Origin: Amoebidium appalachense | Lineage: Eukaryota; Protista; Ichthyosporea | Direction of reading: 5' to 3' | Assembly: GCA_963693365.1 (NCBI GenBank) | Contig: CAVNZM010000013.1 | Coordinates: forward strand, 2,133,817-2,197,816 | Length of the DNA: 64,000 bases | In this document: in pieces, positions 40,989 through 54,322 of the stretch | Numbering within the stretch: position 1 is the stretch's first letter | How the letters are laid out: each line of letters starts with the position of its first letter | Position numbers and translations under genes: made by a program | The notes under the pieces: generated by a model | What the model was told of the DNA's origin: nothing | What the model saw: only the letters and a program-made list of their open reading frames with translations | Databases searched by the model: none

Positions 40989-42159
40989 CCCCCTCTCTCT
41001 CTCTCTCCCCCCTCCTTCTCCCCTATTCTCCCTTCACTCCATCTCTCGATATTTCTTTCTCACTCTCTCTCTCCCTCTTCCCCCCCTCCCCCCCAATCTC
41101 TCTTTCTCTCCCCCTATGTCTTGTCTCCCCCCGTCCATCTCTCCACACACACACACACACCGCCTTCCTGTCGCTCTCTCGCTCCGGCTCTCCTTCCTCC
41201 TCCCCCTCCTTCTCTCCCTTCTCCTCCCTACCCCCCCCCCCCTCTCCCCCTTTCCTTCTTCTTTCATCTTCTCTCTCCCTCTTTCTCGCCTTTGCAGCCA
41301 AACAATCACACACACCTCTCACATTGTCTGCTATTCACTGCCTCTGTTGGTTTCATTGCCCGCCATTCGAGTCTGACCGTTACTCTGGTAGTGAACTGGC
41401 ATCTTTTTGGTGCGTCACATTGTTCCTGTGCCATTGTGCCTTGGAGAGCCACTAGGAGGGGGGGAAAGAAAGAAATAGAATGGCTTTAGTAAGCGGGCCC
41501 TAAGTAGAGTCACAGGATTGTTGGCCCGTGCTTGGCCACTCTTCATAGTCACCCCAATACGTTCCACAAGCACACGCCATTGGTAACTCGTATGTCACAC
41601 GGGGAGTGGGGGGAGAGGAATTGGAGCCGTTCCAGCCCTTCGGTGTGTTTGTTTTTGGGGGGAGGGGGGAGTCTGACACAGCTATATGGACTGTTTTGGG
41701 GGTGTGGGTTCTCTTTCGGTGGAATGGTGTGGGTATGTGCGTACGCGCATGTGCGGCGCACACCACCTGTGTGCATGGAGGGAGGAGAGACCTGTTTGTT
41801 TGCGTGGTGGGTGCGCATGTGTGGCTGTGTCGAATGAGATGGGAGTTGGGTGGGTGGGTTCCGGTAGGTACTACGTGTGGATGTGTGCAAAGAAAAGAAA
41901 ATTTCGCCTGTTTGTTTGCATGCTTGCTTGGTGGCCTTGTGTCTTTCCCATGTGGCTTTCACCTTTGCTGTGCTTGGCGCTGCATTCTCCCCTGCCATTT
42001 GAGGGGTATCACATGTCATGCAGGCCACAGCCCCCTGTGTCCTGTGTGTGGTGTGGCCCTGGCTGGCTGTGCATGTGCTGGCCAGATGGCACTGACAGGC
42101 ACGTGCAGCTCACGTGGATCATCACATATACGGCCGTGCATGTGGACAAGGTGCTGTGA
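39516..42159 (+). CDS. RAB5IF: RAB5IF/C20orf24 (OPTI) family small membrane protein
   Basis: MAKAVKAFLRGQKWEK | DELLDVLFWGRQLVGVLLGLAFGFLP.LG | ...YLDVDEDIYGG....AQEGFANGLGLFM | LTWIITYTAVHVDKVL* matches the DE.LDV.YW.RQ...G...G.LPL.G...D.E.YGG...EGF......F...WI..YT family pattern. Confidence 0.88.
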
Positions 42160-43650
42160 CCTAACCTCGGTGGCTGGCCTGGGCCCCAGCCTGCCACGGT
42201 GCCTGCACTAGCACCCATGCCGCTGAGCACACAGCCCCACCATGTGCACCCTGTGCCGGTGAGGGTTGGTGATGCTGTGTGCTGGCTCGATCGGCTTATG
42301 GGGGTCAGCTGCCCACCTGCTGTGAGGCCAGGTTGTGCCGTTAGCCATATATGGGCACCGATTTAGTGAGCCCAGCAGGGTGGGGGCTGCAGCTGGATGG
42401 TGTGCAGATGAAGTATTGGTGTGTATGATGAGTAAGCACATGGACAGGTCACCTGTGGGTCCATGCTGAGGCAGTGGCTGCTGGCCATGGAGGATCTAAT
42501 ATTAGCATCAGCCCCAATGCCCTGTGCCACTGCACTGGCTGCTGCATGGCCGCGTTGGGTTTGGGTGTGGCTGCTCCCGGCAACAAAAAAACATTACTTG
42601 CTCTGACCACATTGTGCCCCCATGCATGTGTGCCCGACACTGTCTGTGCCTACCTGGATGATGTCTGCCTGACACGTGCACTGTGCCTCCATGCATGTAC
42701 ATGTACACACACTTGCACACATGTCAGTGTGTTGTGTTTCTTCGTCTGCCTCTCGCCACATGTATGCATGTTGGGTTTCTTCTTCTCGGAGTCCCTCTTG
42801 CCCTCTTAAAGTTTCTCAGTTGTGTACATGAGCATGCATTCGTTTCCAATGCCAGTGCATACTTGCTAATCACAATTGCATAACAGTTTTATTGCAACTT
42901 GCATGACCTGCATGCATGATTTCGGGTTCCTTTGCACCCATTGCTTGATTTCTTTTGATTGCTGCTTTCCTCTTGCTGTACAGTATACACATTTTTTATT
43001 ACACAGAGTTTGTCTCAAAGGCTTATCTGAGCGATGTAGTTTGTCTCCATTTCCTGGTTCGATATCATGTTGTGCCATGCATAGCATGTGCTTATTTTGC
43101 TCGTAGTTATCTTATGCAGTTTACCAATCAAGATATCGTCAAGTTATTGGATTCGATGTAACTTTCCAGTCTGACATATGGGGCGACTCTGTTGGTTGGA
43201 CGTGCATCATCATGTCATAATTGGCTCATAAGTGGTGTAATTCTATTGGCTCTTTGGCTGTCTGGGAAGCCACACCCCAAGTATCGCCGTCTATGTTGCG
43301 TAGGTGTGGCACTTATGCTTCCCTCTGAGTCTGCTTTTGTGGCGAGGGCGATCACCTTTTGTCACCGGGCGGGGATATTGGTATTTTGCGATGGGGTGGT
43401 GTAATTTTGTGGTGGGGGTGAATGATATTATTGTGTGGTGGGCGTGATTGTCTTTTGAGTTGGTAGTGACCCTAATATGTAGAAAGGTTAATTCCATTTT
43501 CTAGTCAAGGTGACCGCATTATGATGGTGGGGGCACGGTGACAGTCTTTTGTAGTGGGTGTGATGGTCCGACGAGGCTAATACTATTGTGGTAGGGTTGA
43601 TAGGCTCTCTTTTCACGGTGTTGGGGTTGATAATAATTTGAATTGGTGGC

Positions 43651-43709
43651 TCTTATGCCAACATCGCCTTTACCACTCCCCAGCACGGGGATACTTGAGG
43701 TGGTGCCTG
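43651..43709 (-). mobile_element. Diverged copy of the YR-retrotransposon B-repeat terminus (relic of a related element)
   Basis: TCTTATGCCAACATCGCCTTTACCACTCCCCAGCACGGGGATACTTGAGGTGGTGCCTG aligns to 55870-55927 with about 7-8 differences. Confidence 0.7.
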
Positions 43710-44995
43710 CCGCATAGTAAACAAAAAGGATGCCCGGGTCTTCTATGTGCCCGCGTCTGATTGGGTTTAGGTTCCCCGACCTCGTTAGAGGAGTGTTGCA
43801 GATTAAATTAGAAGTCTGAAAAAGTATGTTAATATAACCTAACAAAATTGACTTAAACAGCTATTATCCCCAATGTAATTTGATTCAAATCAATCTTGTA
43901 TCCCGGGAATTTTGGAAAATCGGTCAATTAGGGTGATTCACATTAAATGTGAATTATGTGAAACAAAACCCCCCTTCAAAAAACAGAATTTTTTCCCGTA
44001 TAAATGACCCGGTGGGGTCGAAACTTTGCAAGAGCGAAGTAAACATATATAGTTTTCAAAGCCCCGCGGCTGGGTATGGGTTGTATATGGACTTTGCGGC
44101 GCAGCGAGGGCGTGCTGGCACACAAAGTTGGATATCGACAACCCATAGAATGATCAATGCTTGCAATCGACTGATTGATGTAAGTGTGCTGCCTTGCAAT
44201 ATGTTACCTCATAATGAGCTTCTGAACCGCGTTTCATCTATTGAGTAAAGATGAAGGTCGACCAATTTCAATACTTTACACCCCTCGAAGACTGAAAACC
44301 ATTGGTTGTTACACAAAGGAAAACCATATATGGTGTTTAGATGTAGCCTTTTTTGGCTCTTGTAAACAAAGCAACGCACCGTGGCCATGGCCCCTTGAAA
44401 GAGCTGCACGTATATCATCTTCCCATACCCGTGATTGAATTGCACCGTTATAATGTCACTTCTCCATGATATATACCAGTAGTTGGTGTCTCTTACAATG
44501 CACACAAAGAATGGACGGGGGCATGGAACTTGGTGATGGCAGTGGTGTGGGGTTCGAAGCAGGGGCACTTGACTTGGATTTCTTTGACAATATTTTTTCC
44601 GACGATAGCACACAGAGTGATACAGAAGACAGCGAGGCTACAGAGGATACCGCTCTCTCAGGGTAATGGCGTATTTTTGACCCCAAGCAAGTAGACATAA
44701 CACTCAAAGCAGACGATATTGAAAACAGGCTCCTAGACACGTTCAGGCGCAAGTCCAGTAATCCAAACGTTAAATCCTGCCTCGATATATGGCACACGAA
44801 CAAGGATATCAAAACACCTGAATACTGGGCAGATTACGAGCCTCGGTAGACACGGTGGCCGCAGTGTGAAATGATTGGTTAAGTTAGAGTCACGTCACTT
44901 GCAGGCTTTGGTGTTGCCAAAGAGTTCTTCTTGTGTTTTTTCCTTCACCTCCCCCCCTCCCCCCCCCCCCCCCCCCCCTTTTTTTTTTTTTTTGG

Positions 44996-45037
<42 letters not shown>

Positions 45038-45038
45038 C

Positions 45039-45097
<59 letters not shown>

Positions 45098-45169
45098 CCC
45101 TGTGTGTGTGTGTGTGTGGTGGTGGTGTATGATGGTGGTGGGGGGGGGGGGGGGGGGGGGGGATTGCCT

Positions 45170-45480
45170 ATGATACCCAAGTTAACCGTTAGAGGGACTG
45201 TTGTAATTTCAAGTCTAAGACACTCAATAGTTCAAATTCGTGGTCTTCTACTACTGTAAATATATTCTTGTGTTGCCAAGATCAGAGTGTACCAGTATCA
45301 CAGCTATTTTCGGAACACTATGTAAAACTTTGTTTAGACATTTAGAAGGAGCTTCAAGCTGAGTTACTGTATCATTGAATAAAACCTTTGTTTGAACATG
45401 AAATTGCAAGTGTACGCAAACCTGCATGTCCGACCATTTATTATGGCAATCTACAAATTTGGACACTTGTTCACTATATA
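45170..45480 (+). pseudogene. Possible highly degraded non-LTR (LINE) RT C-terminal fragment
   Basis: Frameshifted MKLQVYANLHVRP / YYGNLQIWT resembles the K..LY...VRP.LEYG..IWSP segment that follows LINE RT domains. Many stops; weak. Confidence 0.25.
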
Positions 45481-45744
45481 ATACACGGGAAAGAACCAGC
45501 AAAACATGCAGCTCGCCTGGCTGAGTATGTGCATACGTTTGCCCCCCCTCCCCCCCTCCCCCCCCCCCCCCCTCCCCCCTCCCCTCCCCCTCACTCCCCG
45601 GCCTTTCTCTAATAATAACAACAACATCATCCGCCTGACCACACACACGCGCTACTGCCATCACCCAACCGTGACAGTAACCACCGAACACACACACACA
45701 AACAACACACTGTTACACACACACACACATGTACACACACACTG

Positions 45745-45860
<116 letters not shown>

Positions 45861-45990
45861 CACACACACACACATACACACACACACGCAAACACACACA
45901 CACAGGCACACACACACACATACTCGTACACACACACACACCCGGCCGTGCACACACATACACACACATACACACACACATACACACACA

Positions 45991-46041
<51 letters not shown>

Positions 46042-46427
46042 CACACACACCGTTGCACACACACACACAAACACATGTATATACACACACACACACATGT
46101 ATAATTCAAAGCCTAATGAGGCAAGGGTTCAAAGCATACTATCGGAGGCAAGGGTGGGGGGGTAGGCAAAAACTTGACTACAGGCAGTGGCCTCAAAAGA
46201 CCAGCCTACTTGCTTTCAAAAGCACCAAAAACCGACGGGCTAACGAGGCCTACCTACACTATGCTAATGAGCACAGCGACTGAGACACACACAGCAGCCC
46301 AAAGGCTCTTACCCAAAGCTTCGGCATGCAAAAACAACCAAAGAAACTCAGCAGCCCATATGATAACGTTGAGCATTGCTATACCCTGCCTAGTTAACGT
46401 AATAATTAGTGCACCATCGCACGCATG

Positions 46428-46465
<38 letters not shown>

Positions 46466-46594
46466 GGGGTGTTTTTGCCGCGCGGTACCCCTGATATTGT
46501 AGGTGTACACTGCCCCCAGAACCCCAACTGTGTGCTGAATATCTCGTGCTAGGAAACCAATAACGTGAAAGTAACACATGCCGCATGATATATT

Positions 46595-47848
46595 ATATAT
46601 ATGGTACAAGGGGGGTTTCAATCCGGGCTACAATGTTGTGTTTTTTTCGTGTGACCATCGTACTCCAGAGGCACATTCACCATCCCCCTCACAAACTTTG
46701 TGGTAAATTTCTCGTGCTAGAAGCTGTTCTGTGGGTAGTTATTGAAAAAACGGCAATAATGTCTAGGTAACACATGTACATATACTATGCTACAAGGGAG
46801 GTTCTATTCGAGCTACAACGTTGTGTTTTTTTCGTGTGACCCTCGTACTCCAGGGGCACATTCACCATCCCCCCCATAAACTTTGTGGTAAATTTCTCGT
46901 GCTAGAGGCTGTTCTGTGGGTAGTTATTGAAAAAACAATAATGTCTAGGTAACATATGGACATATACTATGCTACAAAAGGGGTTCTACACGAGCTACAA
47001 CGTTGTGTTTTTTTTTCGTGTGACCCTCGTACTGCAGGGGCACATTCACCATCCCCACCATAAACGTTTTGGTAAATTTCTCGTGCTAGAGGCTGTTCTG
47101 TGGGTAGTTATTGAAAATACCAATAATGCCTAGGTAACACATGGACATATACTATGCTGCAAGGTGGGTTCTATACGAGCTACAACGTTGTGTTTTTTTT
47201 CGTGTAACCCTCGTACTCCAGGGGCACATTCACCATCCCCCCCATAAACTTTGTGGTAAATTTCTCGTGCTAGAAGCTGTTCTGTGGGTAGTTATTGAAA
47301 ATACCAATAATGTGTAAGTAACACTACGGTACATATACTATGCTACAAGGGGGGTTCTATCCGAGCTACAACGTTGTCTTTTTTTCGTGTGACCCTCGTA
47401 CTCCAGGGGCACATTCACCATCCCCCCCATAAACGTTTTGGTAAATTTCTTGTGCTAGGGGCTGTTCTGTGGGTAGTTATAGAAAAACCAATAATGTCTA
47501 GGTAACATATGTACATATACTATGCTACAAAGGGGGGTTCTATTCGAGCTACAACGTTGTTTTTTTTTCGTGTGACTCTCGTACTCCAGGGGCACATTCA
47601 CCATCCCCCCCATAAACGTTGTGGTAAATTTCTCGTGCTAGAAGCTGTTCTTTGGCTAGTTATTGAAAAAACCAATAATGTCTAGGTAACATATGTACAT
47701 ATACTATGCTACAAGGGGGGTTCTATTCGAGCTACAACGTTGTTTTTTTTTCGTGTGACTCTCGTACTCCAGGGGCACATTCACCATCCCCCCCATAAAC
47801 GTTTTGGTAAATTTCTCGTGCTAGAGGCTGTTCTGTGGGTAGTTATTG
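46595..47848. repeat. ~183-bp tandem array (satellite/subterminal repeat), ~7 copies
   Basis: Marker ATATACTATGC recurs at ~46780, 46962, 47147, 47333, 47515 and 47698. The unit includes GAGCTACAACGTTG...CGTACTCCAGGGGCACATTCACCATCCCC...GGTAAATTTCTCGTGCTAG. Confidence 0.93.
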
Positions 47849-48330
47849 GGTACAAAGTTATTCCCCCCCCCCCCCCCCTGAAAGTTAATAACCTATGTAC
47901 ATGATAAAGGGGAAAATGCACCACACATCGATTCTGGAATGGCAATAGCAGGGTGGCTTTTTACCGTGCATTTGTCAAACTTTCCACACTCCCTCCTTGC
48001 CCCTCCCATCTACTTTCTGCAAAAGGGCTCGTGCACCCCCCTCCTGGGTACAAAGTTATTCCCAAAACCCCCCCCCGAAAGTTACCCTATGTACATAAAG
48101 GGGAAATGCACCACACATCGATTTTGGAATTGCAATAGCAGGGTGGCTTTTTACCGTGCATGGGTCAATCTTTCCACACTCCCTCCTTGCCCCTCCCATC
48201 TACTTTCTGCAAAAGGGCTCGTGCACCCTCCTCCTGGGTACAAAGTTATTCCCAAAACCCCCCCCGAAATCTAATCTTATGTACACCAAGTTCGGAATTG
48301 CAACAGCATGGGTGGCTTTTTACCGTGCAA
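47848..48330. repeat. Second ~190-200-bp tandem repeat, ~2.5 copies
   Basis: GGGTACAAAGTTATTCCC recurs at ~47848, 48046 and 48236. GGGTGGCTTTTTACCGTGCA occurs three times. Confidence 0.85.
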
Positions 48331-48499
48331 AATAACTTGTGTCCCCCTTTTCCCTATGGGAATTAATGGCGCCCCCCTCCCCCCCCCTCCCCCCCCCCCC
48401 TCCCCCCTCCCCCACCCCCTCCCCAACAACCCCCCCCCCTCCCCCCTTCCCCCCTCCGCCCCTCCTCCCACCCATCTCCTTGGGGGCCTTCCTTCAAAC

Positions 48500-48871
48500 A
48501 AGCAGCCGTTTGTGGAGAAGGAAGCGAAGCTGGAACTACCCGACTTTGCACCTGTTACCTTCCAATGCCGTAGCATCAAGGGCTGCCTCGAGCGGATGTT
48601 GTTGAACCCCGCACTGTGTGGAAAGGAGGCAATCAATTTTGTGGCGCAACGTTTCCAGTTGACGACAGGGGCGGAGGGTGTACAGTCATCTTAGCAGCGG
48701 TGACTGGTGGTACACTCAAGAGGTTATGATACCCAAGGGGGGTACCCTGCTGGCCATTATCCTCTACTCTGACGCCACCAATCTGACAAGTTTTGGAACC
48801 ACGAAGGCCTACCCAATTTACGTCACAATTGGAAACATCAGGAAAAACCTACGTGCGCAGGACTGGGCGAG
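48500..48871 (+). pseudogene. Plavaka-like (CACTA/Mirage-related) transposase, N-terminal catalytic fragment, frameshifted
   Basis: VTFQCRSIKGCLERMLLNP...FVAQR, then (frame change) VYSHLSSGDWWYTQEVMIPKGGTLLAIILYSDATNLTSFGTTKAYPIYVTIGNIRKNLR. This matches the Plavaka pattern Y....GDWW...Q..P.G.....IL.SD.T.LT.F....A.P.Y.TIGNI. Followed by a GTATGT donor. Confidence 0.8.
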
Positions 48872-49984
48872 GTATGTTTGTGTATGCATGCCTTCGCTTA
48901 TCTAGGGTTGGTATGGTGTGTGTGTGTGTTGGGGGGGGGGGGGGGGGGGGTAAGGGTTTGTGGAGGGGTATGATGGGCTCAACCCCCCCCCCCATACACA
49001 CACACGACATGTTACTATGCCAAACATATTGGCCATATACCGCGCTGACGTGGGCGATCTTATCGCGTGTATTGATAATACCTGTCGCGATCGTGCTCCT
49101 CAAACAACGCTGCCGCCATTTCGATTACGTTTATTTGTATTTTATTTTATCCCGTTTCACTCCCGGCGAGGCACTGCCTCAGGGGAGCTTACTGTCTTCC
49201 GCCTAGACACAGATCGTACTGTATAACACACTCATAAGTCAGGATTCTAATTGACCCCAACTGGCACTATTTTTAGTTACGCCTTATCCCACAGTTCTAG
49301 CCGCAGCAACGCTAGTGGGGAAGTGAGCACAGCTCACTTTAACAACACCAGCCGGGAGCGACCCGGGACACATACACAAACATAAAGACTTGAAAGGGGA
49401 AGACCCCATGCCCAGGACGCTGACCCGAACCGTGGCCGGTGACTCGGATTGGTCTCCCACTTGAACGTTGGGCTGGGATGCCCAAGCGGCGCGCCGTAGA
49501 CGTCAGAGGGCCAATGCTGTTCATGACGCCATGTCTTGCGGCCGGATGATAACAAATTGGTGGTGCTGCTTGATGTGGTCTGGGGTGATGGCTTCTAGGG
49601 GGCGGCCAGACCGGTGGACCGTCGAGGCAGAAAAATCGGAAGTAAGCAGGATCGATCCTGCGACTTTGAGCTTGACATGCAGAGATCTTACCATTGCACC
49701 AACCCGCCCCCCCCATTTCGATTACGTGCGATCCGTATTTCATAAACACTGATCACATATGCAATCAATTGTAACGTGTTCTATTGGTCTATCGCCCTGC
49801 GTACATGTGACAAATTTTATTAGACAAAACATGGGAAAAGTGCCACTGGCCTCAGCAACGAACGGTTGCCATGGCTCGGCCCCACAGAACTGGACAGACC
49901 AAAACACACCGTGCGTTTTTTTTGCCCCTATCAAACACGTGTTTTTTAGGCAACGTGTAGGCGCGAGAATGGTGTCTCTTACGT

Positions 49985-50560
49985 TTAATTGTATAGGTTG
50001 GCTACAGGAGAACTCATACACCACACTGTCCAAAACTCAGCAGCCTGAGTGTAATGGTCCACCAGGCCAACCTGGTTAGTGTATAGACAGTTCTCGTAGT
50101 TGCCCAGCGTTGCAGACGTCGTTGGATTGTAGGAGCCAGTTACCAGGCAGGTATCGGCGCCACAGCCAGGGTCAGGTACAACAAACTTGTTGTGCTGGCT
50201 GCCATAGAAAGGGTCCGCATGCGAAGGCTGGCGCGGGTAGGTAAAACCCATCCCTATAGCAAGCCGAACATGCACATTCCCATGGTAGAAAAGGTGGAGA
50301 AGCCTACGCAGGTGCTCTTGCTTCCAGCATGTTTTGGCATGCATGGTTTTGTCCATAACAATGAATACCTCTACCCCGGAAAGAATCTTGTCAACCAATT
50401 CGCTTATGATGTCTGGTTCGTCAAGCGAGAACGCCGTCACCAGTATGCACGATTTTGCTTCTGTATAGCAAAGAGCCACGCATGCTTGCATTCCCCGCGA
50501 AAGTATGCCCTGGTTGTGGCTTGTTCAGGTGCATGGTCAGGAGGTTTTTGTGAGAAGTTG
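49985..50560 (-). CDS. Intronless single-HKD phospholipase D-family nuclease (Nuc/Zucchini-like); 5' end may be frameshifted
   Basis: AKSCILVTAFSLDEPDIISELV...GVEVFIVMD...QHNKFVVPD...LVTGSYNPTTSATLGNYEN gives HxKxxxxD plus GSxN plus NxEN. Upstream TRAYFRGEC lies in another frame. Confidence 0.75.
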
Positions 50561-51489
50561 CTGCAATGCTTAAGTCTGTACAACATTCTTCTCGCGTGTG
50601 AATAGAGGCGCGTTGACGTTCCTTGATACCTGACTTGTGTTGTGTTGGTTGGCTAAACGTAAGGTGGTTATAACCAAGTTACTATTTCAACAACAATGAC
50701 TATGACTAACTGCATGGTCCAGGCTGATACAAAGGCCCCCATGATTACATGGACACTTCTGCAGGTGTCATCCATCATACACTGTGCCGCTCTGAGCACA
50801 TTGGTTTATGGCATAGGGTTGGTATGATATACTGTTAGGCACGTGGCTGTCGTCAATATATTTCAATGAGATGCTCCATATTCGTCGTACATAAGGCCTT
50901 ATGGTACCTTGCAACCTCAACAAACTACCCCCCTGTTATTGTGTTCACGGTGTGTCTTTGACAGATGGTTCGTGTGGTGCTTTTGGTAACCATGGCCTTG
51001 CTTCAGGTTGCCTGTGGCATACATTCCCGACCCCCAGCCGGGTGACGGTGCCACACCATCAGACGCAAAGTGGACAGAGGCCCGCCTGAAGCTTAAAATT
51101 TCCATAAGGTCCTAGACATTGCTGTGGGTGCACCTCTGCGTGCCTTGAATGTCGATAGTTTCTGGGGCTATTGTCCGGAAAGAAAATGGCGTGTGTTCTA
51201 TCCTCGTGTTGTGTACTACATCACGGATTGGCCAGAGGGGCGCAAGCTATCATGTTGCAAGTGGGTCCCCCCACCCCCAACAGTACGATTGAGCTACTGT
51301 TGATATGGGCAAAATACTTGCAATGGTGTTGTTGTTATGTTTGCATATTTTATGATAACGTTAACATACGTTCCTGCACTCAGACATCTTTTACACTCTC
51401 TACATTTTAAACACAAAAAGTGCACCTTCAATTGTACTGTGCTTGCTTTTGATGCCATTCTCTGGTCATAATTCTCACATGTAATCAAC

Positions 51490-51714
51490 AGATTTGCTCA
51501 TGCTTGCCGTGCTGCGTTCGGCGCCATAGACTACCCCCACCTGAACCTGAAGGCCCAGCTGAAAACCCCAAAGTTCCACGTCGGGGTGCATTATCACTGG
51601 AGCATACGTTTGTTCGGAGAGTTGGACACAGCCGAGGATGGAGAGCGTGGACAAAAGTTTTACTGCAAGATTCCATATCGCATGTCCAACAGGAATGCTA
51701 CATACATCAAGCAG
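51490..51714 (+). pseudogene. Plavaka-like transposase, C-terminal catalytic exon
   Basis: ...LKTPKFHVGVHYHWSIRLFGELDTAEDGERGQKFYCKIPYRMSNRNATYIKQ matches PK.H...HY..SIR.FG.....E.GER......K..YR.SN. Flanked by CAG acceptor and GT donor. Confidence 0.75.
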
Positions 51715-51726
51715 GTGCTTCCCCCC

Positions 51727-51884
<158 letters not shown>

Positions 51885-52069
51885 CGCGCGCTCTCTCGCT
51901 CTCTCGCTCTCTCGCTCCCTCTCTCTCCCTCTCTCTCTCTGTCTCCCTATCCCCCCCCCCTCCCCCCCCCCCCCCTCCCCCCTCCCCCCCCCCCTCCTTC
52001 CCCCACTCTCACACCATGTCCACCTCTCTTTCAGCCTCTCTTTCTCTTTCTCTCACTCTCTCTCCCCAT

Positions 52070-53660
52070 TCCGTTCGATGTGCACAACACATGAACGATA
52101 TATGCCTAATAACCACGTCATATCACGGGTACATTTATCATACTGTAATCACTGTGTCTTTGTTATTATGTTTGTATGACCGGGCTACTGCCGATGTAGG
52201 CAGTACACTGCTGATGTATATATCGTACTTCTTGCATATGTTTTTGCATTCCAATACACTCCTGATGCATTTATCGTACTCCAGGTATATGTTGGCAGTA
52301 CCTTGGTCATAATCACATCATACACTCCTGTACCAAACTATCTCTTTCAGTGTCTCTCTCTCTTACTCTCTCCCTCTAGCTAATTCTCTCTCCCTCTCTC
52401 TCTCTCTCCGTCTCCCCCCCCCCCCCCCCCCCCCCCCCCGTCTCTCTCACCCACTCTCCACTCCGAGTCGCTCCATACAATCCCATGTTCATCGATCAGC
52501 ATCTTTCTCTGTTCTGTCTCCCTCTCTCAGGATTGCTCTGCCAGAGAAGCATTGTGTAAGTTATCATAACCAACAAAGCTGACACCAGCTGCACAGATGG
52601 TTATCAAGATCAGCCGCTGGGATGCAATGGATTTACACCGCCAGGTTCGTGACGCTGTTATTTCCATTCAGCAGAAGGGGGGCCGGGTAGAAGGCCCCTT
52701 TGTGCTGAACGACATGATGGAGGTCTTCGAAGACAGTGCAGCAGAGGAGGAGGGTGAGGACACGATTCATACCCAAACCGTGGTGGTGGATGAAAATGTA
52801 CCATCAGCTGACGGGTCCATCCAGATGTCAGGTAGGACCCCCCCCCCCTCCCTGAGTGTGTGTATTCTCTCTCTGTATTTCTGTGCTCTCCTTCCCCCCC
52901 CCCCCCCTCCCCCCTCTCTCCCCCTCTCCCTCTCTCTCTCCCATTCACCCTCCTCCACACCCTCTCTCCCTATCCATCTGCCTCTCTCTCCCTCCCTCCC
53001 TTTGTTTAAAACCTCTCTCTCCCTCACTTTCAGCCTCTCTCTCACCCTCCCTCTCTCTCACTCTCTCCCCATCCCGTTCGATGTGCACAACACATTAACA
53101 ATACATGCATTACATGCATATAACCACGTCTTATCACGGATACATTTGCCATACTGTCATCACTATGTCTTCATTATTTTGTGAGTATGGCAGGGCTATT
53201 GCCGACATGGCCAGTACACTTTGGATGCATTTATCATAATGCATGCATATGTTTGCAGTATATTGTTTGTAATCACAACATACATTCCGGCACTCAACTC
53301 TCTCCCTCTCCCTCTGTCCCTCTCCTTAGCTCTCTCTCTCTCTGCCTTTCTATCCCTCCCCCTTTTGTTTAAAACCTCTCTCCCTTACTTTCAGCCTCTC
53401 TCTCTTTCTCTCCCTCTCTCTTTCACTCTCTCTCCCCATCCCGTTCAATGTGCACAACACATTTACAATACATGCATAATAATCACGTCTTATCACGGAT
53501 ACATTTGCCATACTGTCATCACTGTGTCTGCGTTATTTTGTGAGTATGGCAGGGCTATTGCCGACATGGCCAGTACACTTTGGATGCATTTATCATAATG
53601 CTTGCATATGTTTGCAGTATATTGTTTGTAATCACAACATACATTCCGGCACTCAACTTT
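52070..53660. repeat. Three diverged copies of a ~230-270-bp block (52070-52340, 53070-53300, 53435-53660) in putative introns
   Basis: Shared CCGTTC(G/A)ATGTGCACAACAC...TATCACGG.TACATTT...GCCGA....G.CAGTACACT...GATGCATTTATC. Confidence 0.8.
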
Positions 53661-54021
53661 CTCCCTCTCCCTCTGTCCCTCTCCTTATCTCTCACTCTGC
53701 CTCTCCCTCTTTCTTTTTCTTGCTGTATTGCAAAGTTATCAGGGATCCCTCAGCTACTCACCTCTTGCTGTGCCATCAGGGCCTCAGAACCCCATCCACC
53801 TGGGTGAGCTGGATCGTTTCTTTGCTGCAAGCGATCTGGAATACGGCGAAGAGCCACGTGTGTACCACGATCTGGTCGAGAAATACCCCCACCTGAAGAA
53901 GCTGCCAATCCAACTTCAGCTCCACCTCAGTGGCATCTCCCCCCGTGTGAACCGGAATGCACGCCCCTATTTGTTCGTTATTTCGAGAGGGATGGTGTTG
54001 ATGCACCAACTAGATGAGTGA
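52531..54021 (+). pseudogene. Probable downstream exons of the Plavaka-like gene (52531-52831, ~53780-54021); one in-frame stop
   Basis: Natural-looking peptides (MVIKISRWDAMDLHRQVRD...; PQNPIHLGELDRFFAASDLEY...) between splice-like sites on the same strand. No recognisable motif. Confidence 0.35.
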
Positions 54022-54322
54022 GACTGAGGGATCCAGAGAGAAACCGTGGAAAACCTGAGTTTGATATCATCGATGTTGAGACTGTGCTGGGAACATTTCA
54101 CTGCATCCCTCTGCAACGATCAGGAAATAATGGCCCACAGCACTATGTTGAGAACAAGTATGTCGATATGTAACGTACCTGCTTGCCTATGCCACAGGCA
54201 AGGCATTCCCAAGAGTTCGATTCTGTATGTATGCACGTATTTTTCTTCTTCAAATCTGTATGTATGCTCGTTTTTTAATATAAGAATATTAATGGTGTGT
54301 TCTTGAAAAGGCATTACTAGTA

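Noticed and set aside
42200-44900. Short ORFs after RAB5IF
   Set aside because: No recognisable motifs and frequent stops; likely decayed repeat DNA.
46595-47848. CRISPR-like array
   Set aside because: Units are similar along their whole length with no unique spacers, no cas genes are present, and the context is eukaryotic.
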